A DNA stretch of 64,000 nt from Candidatus Hydrogenedentota bacterium. GTDB taxonomy: Bacteria > Hydrogenedentota > Hydrogenedentia > Hydrogenedentales > JAEUWI01. How positions within the stretch are numbered: position 1 is the stretch's first letter; each line of letters begins with the position of its first letter. Positions 39,101 to 44,400 of this stretch are shown in pieces. The translations under genes were made by a program, and so were the position numbers. Below the pieces are notes generated by a model. The model was not told where the DNA came from. It was given only the letters and a program-made list of their open reading frames with translations, and did not search any database. The DNA is taken from positions 1 through 64,000 of the forward strand of contig JAXMOL010000041.1 in assembly GCA_034669905.1 (NCBI GenBank). Reading direction: 5' to 3'.

Positions 39101-41552
39101 CAGCCATCGTGTCCGTGTTCGCAGTGAAGACAGCGGCGGTGCCTTTGTCGAAGCAAGCTTCCTTATCACGGTGACCAACGAAAACGATCTGGCCAACGCG
39201 GTTTCCCTTTCAAACAACCAGATCAACGAAAACGAGCCCGCCGATACAGAAGTCGGCCTGTTTACGACAGATGACGATGACAGCGGCAGTGGCCATACCT
39301 ATAACCTGGTGAGCGGTGCGGGCAGCACGGACAACAGCAGTTTCCGCATTGTAGACAATGTCCTGTTGACCGCCGCGCCCCTCAATTTTGAAGTGCGCCG
39401 TATGCGCAGCATCCGGGTACGCTCGACCGATGAGCTGCAATCCTCCTTCGAGATGGTGTTTGACATCGAAGTCATGGATCAAAACGATGCGCCCGATGAT
39501 ATCTTCCTCAGTGCCAACGGGATCCTCGGAAACGTCCCGGCCGACACGGTCGTGGGTACCCTCTTCGCCAACGATGAAGACTTGAACGACAGCCACACCT
39601 ACGCCCTCGTCGCGGGGGAAGGCGATCAGAACAATGCGCACTTCAAGATTGTCGGCGAAGAACTCGTTACGGATCGGGCCGTAGATTTCGGTAGCAATAG
39701 CGCCTTCGAGGTCCGACTTCAGGCCATAGACGCCGCCGGTGACACCGTTGAAAAAGCCTTTGTGCTGGTTAATGACGATGTGGATGGCGACGGATTGTCC
39801 GATGCTTGGGAGTTGACCTTCTTTGGCAGTCTCCAGGCAACCGCGACGGAAGACGGTGATGGTGATGGACTTACCAACCTGGAAGAATTCCGCGTGGGCA
39901 CCGATCCCAATCGGGGCGACAGCGATGGTGACGGTGTCAATGACGGGGAAGAGGTCGCCCTGGGCACCAGCCCGGTCAGCAGTGCCGATGCCCCGGCCGT
40001 CCTGGAAGTCTCCCCGGCTTCGGCCACCATGGGCCGCGATGAAGGGGTGGTGACTCTGCGCATCCGGAATACCGGTAGTGCGGCACTCAACTGGCAGGCA
40101 GAAGTGATCTCGGGTACCTTTGCCGAGATTATCTCCGGCCAATCCGGGCTCAATGCAGGCGAAGTCAATGTCATGCTGAGCACCAACCTCACCGCCAACA
40201 GCCGGGCTACGGTCGTTCGTGTCAGCGCCACGGGTGCAGCCGACAGCCCCGTCGATATCACCATCAACCAGTCTGCCTGTGCTGCACCGGGTCAACCGAA
40301 TGATGTGCTGGCCACGAATGGTACGCTGGCCGGGCAGGTGCGGGTGCTCTGGGACCGTGTCACCGATGCGGATCAGTATATGGTCTATCGGGGCCTTTCA
40401 ACCGACCCCAATGAGGCCCAATTGATTGCCACGGTCGTGGGGACGGCATACACGGACGCACCCGCGCCCCTCACCGCCAAGCAGACCGAGGGTGGTGGTG
40501 GCTGCGTGCCCATTATTACGCCCGAACCCCAGCCGGGCAATGACACCTATCAGTATTTTGTACGCGCCATGAATGTCTGCGGGACCAGTGCTTTCAGTAC
40601 GCCCGACGATGGCTTCCCTGGTGACGGTCAGCCTGCCGCGCTGCCGCTCTTTGAACCCGTCCTGCCGACCCTTGAGGCGGACAACCGTTCCCTTCGGGCC
40701 CGGGTAGATTCGGTGCTTGCCATCCGCCTGCGCCGTGACACGGCCATTGATCCGGGTTCGCTCCAGGGCGAAGTACTGCGCAGTACCGGTTCCGATACGG
40801 CCATCACCTGGCGGGCGATTGACCGCGAAGGGCTGAAAGATGGCTGGGCGCTCTACAATCCGGGTGACACGCCCTTCACGCTCGGCGAGTCGGTTACCTT
40901 CACGGTGAGTGCCGCCACGGTCGCGGGCGAGGTAATTGGCCCCTTGAGCTTCAACTTCACCGTGGAAAGCGAAGGTGAGTTTCTGGATCGCGTCGGTGCC
41001 GCGGGCATGCCGGTAGTACAGCCCGGCTACGCGGAGTTCGACGCCAGTGGTCTTGATCTGAGTCTTGAGGGGCAGGACGAGGTGTCCATCTACACCCTCA
41101 ACAGCGATACCGTACCCGCCACCCTGGCAAATAGTTCGGGTCCCCTGTATGCCATCGTGCCCGACGAAGTCTTTGGGGTCGCACAGCGGGTGTGGTTGCC
41201 GCTGGAAGGAGATCTGCGGGCCAGCGACGTGATGGTCAATTACTACTTCGTCGATAAGACAGGAAACCGAACCAACTGGTACCGGGCCGAACAGATCGTT
41301 GGCTGGTCGGATCAAAACAGCTATATGGAACTGGAATTGAATGACCAACGATACATTGGGTTTACGGTACGCCACGGCGCGTTGGTGCAGTTGAGTCAGG
41401 CCAGTGCGAAGGAAATGCCGGTCGCCGCAGCAGGACCCATCCCCGCCGGTATACTCCGGGTCGGTGGCGATGCCATTATTGCCCTGCTGCTCCTCGTCAG
41501 CTTTGCGCTGGTGTTGCCTCGAATCTTCCGGAAAAACGATCACCCCGTGTAA
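21141..41552 (+). CDS. Giant (~6800 aa) Ig-like-repeat surface protein / adhesin
   Basis: Signal peptide; PPD...RWGDYS tip domain; about 46 bacterial Ig-like repeats; further Ig domains; DNRLRE-like domain (~37100-37700); putative-Ig and cadherin-like repeats; DxDGDG Ca-binding repeats; BACON-like and FN3-like domains; C-terminal TM helix plus basic tail. Start ATG 21141 has an AAGGA RBS. Confidence 0.9.
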   Translation: MRVEQRSPFATGHTRFALFAIGILFIGILCPRALAASPATLSALLSQSFSGADKVNTGNVAPSPTSTFVAVSPDNSTPPDSHGAVGPNHVLTQTNSSSRVHDRAGNLISSTGIKNFWSGLGVSDVFDPKVIYEPYIGRFVAVACAQRRSSASGMLFGMSETSDPTGNWHLWLLDGDPSNVSWVDYPNIGFISGRITFTGNLFTINDDSFTGSNIWTIDTASAADGGSLNFQLMNVTNAGGSLNPAMTYDAAETTQYIIRTGTANIFGSGRLQLYTLTGNIGSLTFATSPNSSRGDAWSISVPNAKQLGTSALIETNDTRLQNAVLRNGTLWVVHTVSLSTSVRDHAAVKWWEIEAATGLTINDGAIEDVDGAGNFDINTGKHYYFPSVAVNKDNEILIGFSGSSGEEYVSNYYTFRSPSYTAGEFDIPVRFHAGVGTYSGPRWGDYSHTVVDPVDDTTFWTIQEFAAGGNRGGNAWAQVGGDTGGGGGDTTPPQVSASSATNETTVRVTFNEPMSDNANLVNPAFYTFSGGLTASAVTRVNATQVNVTVNEMNNGTSYTVTVSTSGPTDTAGNPLSGSANTSTFTGVGTSPTVTITQTTSNPTNANSVVYNVLFSESVGSTFTSADVTVTGSLASGAAVSVSGSGANYSVTVTPSNPNAEGTLGISIGTGVSDASGNTFAGASAPTNFSVDNTAPSISVNTLLTNLTSPALTGAVNDSTATISVTISGQTFTATNNGNGTWTLPAGTLAPLSNGTFNVVATATDPAGNSSSDPSNNEVTVDNSIPTVTVNTLTTNDRTPALTGTVDENDATITVTVAGQTRSATNNGNGTWTLADGSLSTLADGTYDVAVVATDAIGNMGMDGTANELTVDSTAPVVSVTPRVTNDTRPALSGNTSDLSAPIQVSVNGQNHTATNLGDGTWTLADNTINPALAAGTYNVTVSSTDSANNTGTDSTSNELTIDVTAPTVTVNTLTTNDTTPPLSGTVNDAGATISVTVSGQTRTATNNGNGTWTLANNSLSALAAGTYNVAVTATDVAGNAGSDGTSNELIIDTTAPTVTVNTLANPTNDNTPPLSGTVNDANATISISVGGQTRTATNNGTTWSLANGALSTLADNTYNVVATATDVAGNVGTDGTTNELTVDTVAPTVTVNALTTTDATPALTGTVNDNTAVILVTVNGMSRNATNNGNGTWTLADNSLSTLPDGTYNVAVTATDAATNSGSDSTSNELVVDATVPVITLTPRTTNDNRPALSGTVDDATATVTIAVNGQNHTATNNGNGTWTLADNTINPALPDNTYSVTATATDAAGNAGVDGTSNELTIDTQTPTVTVNTRTTNDTTPALTGTVDDNSATITVVVAGQNRTATNNANGTWTLADGSLNVLAQGTYNVAATATDAAGNAGNDGTSNELTIDTTAPTITVSTLLTNDTTPALSGTVNDSTATISVTVSGQTRSATNNGDNTWTLADNSLTALGQGVFSVTARATDAAGNQGTDGSANELTIDSVTPTVTVNSLTTTDATPALTGTVSETGAAVRISVGGQSNLVATNNGNGTWTLPDNTINPALADGTFDVSATATDAAGNAGTDSTTNELTVDNTAPVVSVNTLSTNDSSPQLTGTVNDSSATIRVDVDGQTDLAATNNGNGTWTLPDNAINPALATGTYDVTVRATDGQGNVGTDGTSNELTIDTTPPIIMITTLLTNDTRPALSGSVDDNGASIVVAVAGQNRNATNNGDGTWTLADNTINPALAQGTYNVAVTATDAAGNSATDSTNAELTIDTTAPTVTVNSRVTTDTRPALSGTVNDTNAAIRVSVGGQTNLVATNNGNGTWTLADDTINPALGDNTYNVVVTATDAAGNVGTDGTSGELTVDTTAPVVTVATLATNDNRPALTGTVNDNSATITVVVSGQSNTATNNGNGTWTLADNTLTTLPDGTFEVAVSARDTAGNTGTDGTNNELTIDTTAPTISVNNRSTNDSTPSLSGAVNDASATISIQVGGNTYPATNNGATWTLADNTISPALAPGTYNVIATATDTIGNAGTDATNNELVIDTAAPTITVNSLTTNDTTPPLSGTVDDSSATVRVTVGPNTYTATNNGTTWTLNNNVISPALAPGTYDVAVTATDTVNNVGSDGSSDELIIDTTDPIITVDSLTTNDTTPELTGNVDDLTATVTISVGSQSHPATNNGDGTWTLTDGTISPTLSAGTYDVTATATDSAGNTGMDESSGELIVDTTAPVVTVNTLTTTDNRPALSGTVDDTNATISVTVGAQTHAATNNGNGTWTLADNTIDPGLSDGTYNVAVSATDSATNVGTDATSNELTIDTQAPTITVNTLVTNDTTPALTGNVDDNAATVRIVVSGQTHTATNNANGTWTLVDNTITALPDNTYNVAATATDAAGNSASDATTNELTIDTTGPMITVDSLATNDNRPELTGTINDATATITLDVGGQNGLVVTNNGNGTWTLADDTINPDLTDNTYNVAVTATDSVGNVGMDSSTNELRIDTTLNVTVNALTTSDSTPALNGTVDDATATIALTVGGQNHTASNNGNGTWTLADNTISPVLTDGTYEVVVTATDSLGNVANDATSNELVVDGSVPTVTINSLVTADTRPELTGTVSTPAATILVDVGGQTNLAATNNGNGTWTLPDDTISPDLTDGTYDVSVRATTSGTGTDSTANELIIDTTNPTVTVNTLTTNDQRPALSGTIDEPGATITVDVNGQTGLVAVNNGNGTWTLVDDTISSDLAANTYDVSVTATDAAGNVGNDATNNELIIDLTAPTVAVDTLLTRDNTPALGGSISDNNATISVNVDGQIRTAVNNSNGTWTLADNQLSPLADSTFDVSVTATDTAGNMGTDVTSDELTVDTIAPTIAVNTLVTSNNQPQLTGTINDNTATITISVGGQSGLVATNNGNGTWTLAAGTIAPALADNLYNVTAVATDGAGNTASDGGSNELRIDTTAPTVTVNTLSTTDRRPPLSGSVNDTTATVTVSVGGQTGLAATNNGNGTWTLADNTINPNLADNTYDVSVTATDALGNVGTDGTTNELTIDATAPTVSINPLTTNDNRPELTGSINDNTATIRVRVNGQTRTATNNANSTWTLADDTITPALSDGTYDVIVFGIDTLGNTSTDSSVNELRIDTVTPTVTVNTLTTNDQRPPLSGTVDDPTATITVDVGAQTGLSATNNGNGTWTLANDTIGSDLPENIYDVVVTATDSAGNAGSDGTTNELDIDLSAPNITVTSQNTNDTTPAISGSVSDNNATIEVDVAGQNNLTATNNGDGTWTLPDNTITPLAANTYSVVARATDAAGNVGTDATNNELTIDTGAPTVTVTPLTTADNTPALSGTVDDAAATISVMVGGQTHTATNNGATWTLADNTISPSLNDGTYNVEVTATDTFGNAGTDGTSGELEIDTTPPVVTVSSLTTADTRPQLTGTVNDSAATILIDVGGQTGLAATNNGNGTWTLADNTIAPALTDNTYDVVATATDALGNSDTDATTNELVILTATPVIAIDTLVTNDTQPPLTGTVDDTTATISVLLASQTYTATNNGDGTWTLADDTISPALAQGAYNVTASATNAAGTVGADSSNNELTIDLTAPTITVTTRFTQDTTPSLSGTTNDNNATITIDVDGQTGLTATNNGNGTWTLADNTITALAQGSYNVTARATDVAGNVGTDSTTPDLHIDTTAPTVTVTAISTTDNTPGLSGTLSDNIAASALTVSVNVDGQVNTAFRIGNSWFLSNGALTTLADGPHDVQVTVTDSAGNVGNDGTTNELIIDTTAPMVTVDPLQTVDNTPALTGTVDDTTATITVDVGTQTGLTATNNGDSTWTLADNTLSTLLDGTYNVSVTATDTLGNNGSDGTTDELTIDATAPVATVDTLITNDSTPPLSGTVDDTAATIAVSVAGNTFPATNNGDGTWTLADDTITPALATNTYNVAVTATDTLGNVGTDSTSGELEVDLVSPIITVNNFSTNDTTPPLTGTVDDPNATIRITVGTQTNLLAANLGNGTWNLADGRLSALVDNVYDVQAQATDVAGNVGTDMSTNELTINTEAPTVTVDTLNTTDNTPPLTGTVDDPNATIQVSVADQDHMATNNGDGTWTLADNTLTALADGHYNVFVEARDLQNNVSNDPTQDELAIDTVAPVVTLNPLLTNDAQPALNGTVDDPTAIITVDINGETGLAATNNGDGTWTLADNTVAALPHNPTGYDGVVHAVDTFGNAAVDGTTNEIQIDLVAPVITVDSLNTAEPSPQLTGTVDDTMATIMITVNGQTVEATNNSNGTWTLAGGTLNALTSGIYNVMATALDAAGNSASDGTANDLVIDTLPPVVTVDTLITTDTTPPLSGTVDDVAAIIAIELNGATYLATNNGNGTWTLADDTVAPLADGQYDVLARATDTLGNEGVDATDGELNIDTNGPTVTVNVLITNDTTPALSGTVSENGVTLVVTVAGIDYPATNNDDGTWTLADDTISPPLAEGDYNVTVVATDALGNMGADSTADELRIDTTAPTLTVTPRLTMLASPALSGTVNDPTATVVVVVDGNSYTAANIGNGTWSLVEGLIAPLTSGVYEVAAQATDPAGNVVNDTSTDELTIDLDVPAVTVDQLITNDNTPALTGTIDDPDATITVSVAGQTFPAVNNGDGTWTLADNTLTTLPDGVYNIIAVATDLAGNTDTDPSLVDDLFVITAAPTVTVNPLTTRDTTPQLNGTINQTTSTIRVTVDGQTLDAVNNGDGTWTLADNALAPLAEGTYDVDVRATDRLGNEGPDITTDELTIDLNAALITVDTLQSRDRTPALTGTVDQPDVAITIAVDGQLHDATNNGDGTWTLADNTLTPLVEGVYDVVANANGATDATVNELTIDTFGPSVLLSGPSISNTKTGPVSFSVRYDGASFIGLLESDLEVFAILDENPTVLKNAVPAQAKTFPISTATATGTVSITGTGNELRTVTISNITGDGYLGIAIIAGTALDAVGNPSPSAVSTDLVFVDNQAPGVQSLGVVDRAIVDVRFNEAMSDLALDPANYTLSGPGLGTLNATPDGVARVEPGRYRLTWNVGSLVNDQELTVSVLSVTDAVDNLIGENNEATTIVEGIGVSPSVRSVTVLEGRAVSVQFSEPIAVGALDVLNYVISGSGRGTLPDNPTSVSELPLNDPDDPDVILPGNRNTYLLTWTEGEMLQGGDVTVTVSGVEDNTGNPLIAPVSGTDPGAGIGVAPILNTVNVITGLTVEVVFNEAMGTGADVAANYTISGAGRGTLSAQPDSVSQTGSGVYLLTWNGGEMLNGGDVTITATGVSDRSGNPIGTANTATDVSAGRDGLIVVAIPARRDTTLYEDDNGALANGAGATFFAGTNEDNLRRRAALHFDVVGNIPAGSIIKDATLRLYNPGTVGTDTAHNLALHLLTRDWEEGTVDAGEPGADGAPSEAGESTWLHTVFDTDQWTTAGGDFVSPARATTAIAGVGTYTWNSTDLLADTQTWLDDPDNNFGWLLLGDETAANTVKAFRSDEHGTLSQQPVLNVVFSLNGGPGGPTLGSIGDQQVNEGETLSLELTANDTGGNPLIISSALANLPLERDARLTDNGDGTAVFQWTPAFVDAGSYVVTFIATQSGVDDPLSISETIVIDVVNVNQAPQLVDFGPLVATEGQPLTFTATVNDADVADTHTFSLVLPVDGVSIDSATGVLNWTPGFQDAGDVTIGIRVQDNGTPPRSDRQDLEVTVVDANGPPVITPIGDQVVVEAEVLSFIVTATDPDLSDTLRFSLTEAPAGVTLDAQTGFFRWVPSIAAAGEHPVTITVTDDGDPEQSAEDRFVITVVDDNRDPTAITLSPANVRENLPANTIVGTLTTTDPDSSDVHTYTLVEGTGDTDNGRFNLAGNVLRTSESFNYEQKSTYSIRVHTADGKDGEFARAITISIVNQNDLPTAIALTGDVVMENAPIGTEVGVLRTTDEDGADTHSYRLVEGEGDTDNGLFAISGNRLVVNGPLDFETQASHRVRVRSEDSGGAFVEASFLITVTNENDLANAVSLSNNQINENEPADTEVGLFTTDDDDSGSGHTYNLVSGAGSTDNSSFRIVDNVLLTAAPLNFEVRRMRSIRVRSTDELQSSFEMVFDIEVMDQNDAPDDIFLSANGILGNVPADTVVGTLFANDEDLNDSHTYALVAGEGDQNNAHFKIVGEELVTDRAVDFGSNSAFEVRLQAIDAAGDTVEKAFVLVNDDVDGDGLSDAWELTFFGSLQATATEDGDGDGLTNLEEFRVGTDPNRGDSDGDGVNDGEEVALGTSPVSSADAPAVLEVSPASATMGRDEGVVTLRIRNTGSAALNWQAEVISGTFAEIISGQSGLNAGEVNVMLSTNLTANSRATVVRVSATGAADSPVDITINQSACAAPGQPNDVLATNGTLAGQVRVLWDRVTDADQYMVYRGLSTDPNEAQLIATVVGTAYTDAPAPLTAKQTEGGGGCVPIITPEPQPGNDTYQYFVRAMNVCGTSAFSTPDDGFPGDGQPAALPLFEPVLPTLEADNRSLRARVDSVLAIRLRRDTAIDPGSLQGEVLRSTGSDTAITWRAIDREGLKDGWALYNPGDTPFTLGESVTFTVSAATVAGEVIGPLSFNFTVESEGEFLDRVGAAGMPVVQPGYAEFDASGLDLSLEGQDEVSIYTLNSDTVPATLANSSGPLYAIVPDEVFGVAQRVWLPLEGDLRASDVMVNYYFVDKTGNRTNWYRAEQIVGWSDQNSYMELELNDQRYIGFTVRHGALVQLSQASAKEMPVAAAGPIPAGILRVGGDAIIALLLLVSFALVLPRIFRKNDHPV
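23211..35735 (+). repeat. About 46 tandem, diverged ~270-bp coding repeats (Ig-like domains)
   Basis: Manual count of DTTAPxVTV...TNNGxGTWTLAD...Y.V...ATD.AGN units. Confidence 0.9.
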
Positions 41553-41599
41553 TACGCCCCGGCAGTAATCGGGCATACCAAAGACGGATTCACGAAATC

Positions 41600-43648
41600 A
41601 TGATTGAGTTTAATTGCGAACATTGTGGCAAGGAACTTCACCTTGCCGATAACTATGCGGGTCGTGATGGGTGGTGCCGTGTCTGTAAACGCATGGTCAT
41701 CGTTCCGGCCAACGGCAAGACGCAACATGTGGACGAACTGCCCCCGGCTGAGGGTTATGAGCGGCTCCAGCGCTTGCTTCAATACGCTGCCACCAAGGCC
41801 GATAAGTTCAAACTCCACCTGGCCCAGCAAAGCCAATCAGATCGCCGGGAGGAGCAACTGGAGGCCGAACTGCATGCGGCCCAGGAGCAACTGGCAGAGA
41901 AGGAACAGGCCCTGGCCATAGCGTATGAGGCGGAAAGCGCCCAGGAGCAAGCCCACGCCCGGAAACTCGAAGAGGCCATGGCCATGGTTGCCTCGCTGGA
42001 AGCCGCCCTGGCCACGTCGGATACCCAGGCCGATAAGCAGCGGGATAAGGAATTGCTTGCCCTGGAGCAGGCGTTGAATGCGTCTCAGGAAGAAGCCACG
42101 GCACTTGCGCTTCAGGTCAGCGAACAGACCCAGGAATTGAGCGCACTCCAGGAACAGTTGGATTCCCGGGAACCGGAATCCCTGGCGGCCCAGAAGGCCC
42201 AGGAGGAGTTGGCTTCCGAGTGCGATTCCCTCCGACGCGCCCTGAAGGACCAGGAAAGTGCCCTGGATACGGCCAACGCGGAAGTCCAGCGATTATCCGA
42301 ACGACTCGCCAGTCAGGCTTCTCCCGAGGATGCTGCGCGGGCGGATCAGGAAGAGATCGCGCGTTTGAACACGGCCTTGACCGAGCTGAAGAGCAGCCTG
42401 AGCGACGTGGAAGCCGAACGGGATGCCAGGGAGACGGAAGCGGCGGCCCTTCGTGATGCGCTCAAGGATCATGAGAAAAATATTGCTCAAATGGAAGAAG
42501 AGATTCGGACCCAGAACGAAGCGCTCGGCAATCTTCAGGCACGCCATGAGGATAGAGAGCGCACGACCCGTGAGCAGATTTTCGCCCTGGAAGAACAAGT
42601 CGGCCTCTTCGACGAGTTAACGGCCCGGGTCTCCAGTCTTCAGACGAAAGTAAGTACCCTGGACCAGGAACGGATCGACCTTACCTTGCGACTGGAAGAA
42701 GCCCAACGGCAACAAACGGTTGCCTCGAAGAAATGTGATTCCCTCGAGCAACGCCTCCAGGAAGCGACGGACGAAAAGGCGGCCCACCTGATCCAGTTGG
42801 AAGAGTATCAACGGGAGGGTGCCTGCAAGGAATCCCAGATAGCCCAGCTCAAAGAAGAGCTCCGCGTCCAGACCGAAGCCCAACATGCCGCTGCGTTGGA
42901 GCGGGAAAAGGAAATTCGGAACCTCCAGCAGAAAGACGCTGAAGTCCTTGCCTTGAATGCGTCCCTGGAAGAGACCAATACCCACCTGGCCGCGCAACAG
43001 ACCACCTGCAGCGAGCTGGAACAACGCCTCGCCGCGCAACAGACGGCCTACAGCGAACTGGAGCAACACCTCGCCGAGCAACAGACGGCCTACAGCGGAC
43101 TGGAACAACACCTGGGTGAGCAGCAGACCGCCTACAGCGAGCTGGAGCAACGCCTGACCGAGCAACAGACGGCCTATAGCGAGCTGGAACAACGCCTGGG
43201 TGAGCAGCAGACCGCCTATAGCGAGCTGGAACAACGACTGGCCGAGGCAGATGCGGAACAGGCCCGTCTCGTGGCGCAACGGGAGGCTTCCGCTCAATCT
43301 GACAGCGAAGAGAGTCAGGCCCTGCTGGAGACCCGTTCCAAAATCGATTCGTTGGAAGCCGAATTGCGGGATCATCGGGAGCAAGCCAATAGCTACCGGG
43401 CCGAAGCGGATCGGCTGAAACTCTCGCTCTCCAATGCCGAAACCCAGATCCAGGAATTGGAAGCGGAATTGAACGAACTGGAAGATAGCACCCCCCCGCC
43501 GCCCCCGTCGCAGCGCGTCACGGAATCTCAGGACGATACGACGGAAACCGCTGAAGCAATCTTTGTGGTGGACCCGGTTTCCGAATTGCAGCGCCAACAG
43601 GAACGGAAGCAAATGATGGATGTACTTTCGGATTTTCTCGAAAAGTAA
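41600..43648 (+). CDS. Zinc-ribbon plus long coiled-coil protein
   Basis: CEHC...CRVC at the N-terminus; E/Q/L/A-rich heptads; Pro-rich acidic tail. Confidence 0.75.
   Translation: MIEFNCEHCGKELHLADNYAGRDGWCRVCKRMVIVPANGKTQHVDELPPAEGYERLQRLLQYAATKADKFKLHLAQQSQSDRREEQLEAELHAAQEQLAEKEQALAIAYEAESAQEQAHARKLEEAMAMVASLEAALATSDTQADKQRDKELLALEQALNASQEEATALALQVSEQTQELSALQEQLDSREPESLAAQKAQEELASECDSLRRALKDQESALDTANAEVQRLSERLASQASPEDAARADQEEIARLNTALTELKSSLSDVEAERDARETEAAALRDALKDHEKNIAQMEEEIRTQNEALGNLQARHEDRERTTREQIFALEEQVGLFDELTARVSSLQTKVSTLDQERIDLTLRLEEAQRQQTVASKKCDSLEQRLQEATDEKAAHLIQLEEYQREGACKESQIAQLKEELRVQTEAQHAAALEREKEIRNLQQKDAEVLALNASLEETNTHLAAQQTTCSELEQRLAAQQTAYSELEQHLAEQQTAYSGLEQHLGEQQTAYSELEQRLTEQQTAYSELEQRLGEQQTAYSELEQRLAEADAEQARLVAQREASAQSDSEESQALLETRSKIDSLEAELRDHREQANSYRAEADRLKLSLSNAETQIQELEAELNELEDSTPPPPPSQRVTESQDDTTETAEAIFVVDPVSELQRQQERKQMMDVLSDFLEK
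42983..43234 (+). repeat. Six tandem 42-bp (14-aa) in-frame repeats
   Basis: (H/R)LxxQQTAYSELEQ repeated six times. Confidence 0.9.
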
Positions 43649-43725
43649 GTTACAATAGGGAAATCCAGGGTGCATCATTCCAGCGGTTGCGGCAATATGA
43701 ACCAACATGAAGGCTGTATTTTCTC

Positions 43726-44400
43726 ATGCGAAAGCTCTTTATAACCTGTACCTGTGGTCAGCAAATGCAGGTTCCCCGTTCTGCTATCGGTAAAATGGGC
43801 CAATGCCCTTCCTGTGGGGACAAAATTCCCATCACCCGGGAAACTACTTCGCGGACACGCCGGGCCTCCATGGCCAAGGGAACGCCAAATCCGAATCGCT
43901 GGGGCAGGCAAAAGGGCCCTTCTATCGAAGCCAAAGAGCGCTTTGGCCGTGCCGTGGACCTCTATTGCGCCGGCAACTATGGGGAAGCCCTGGTTATCTT
44001 CAACATGTTGAGCCAGGAGTTTCCGGACAGCATTGAGATCCAAAAAGCCCGGGAGCAATGTATTGAAGCCCGCAACCGGGACCCCCTCAATCTGCCTGAT
44101 CCGGCCTCTGGCCAGGTCATGGGCGACCAACTTGACGAGGGAATCCTCCGTTCCATGCGCCGTATCGTGGTGGAAAAAATGCTCCATGGCTCCTCTGATG
44201 CGGTTCAATTGCAGGCGGCGGAACTCGTCGCCCGCATGGCGGGAGTTCTGGATGGTCCCCCCCCCACGGAAGATACGACCGATGACCGCTCGGACCCCAT
44301 GGCGGAAGAAGAGGAATCGTCTCATGAAGGAAACGGACATCCCCAGTCCTCCCCCGACAATCTCACCGTGGATGTCGACGTGAACGAGGTATCCCGGTGA
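43726..44400 (+). CDS. Zinc-ribbon protein with TPR-like helices
   Basis: CTCG...CPSC; FGRAVDLYCAGNYGEALVIFNMLSQEFPDS. Confidence 0.65.
   Translation: MRKLFITCTCGQQMQVPRSAIGKMGQCPSCGDKIPITRETTSRTRRASMAKGTPNPNRWGRQKGPSIEAKERFGRAVDLYCAGNYGEALVIFNMLSQEFPDSIEIQKAREQCIEARNRDPLNLPDPASGQVMGDQLDEGILRSMRRIVVEKMLHGSSDAVQLQAAELVARMAGVLDGPPPTEDTTDDRSDPMAEEEESSHEGNGHPQSSPDNLTVDVDVNEVSR

Noticed and set aside
23081..40295. Many long minus-strand ORFs (e.g. 24285-26393, 29730-32600)
   Set aside because: Antisense shadows of the repetitive, GC-biased giant gene; no recognisable motifs.
41600..43648. SMC or chromosome-segregation ATPase
   Set aside because: Coiled coil only; no Walker A/B, hinge or signature motif.
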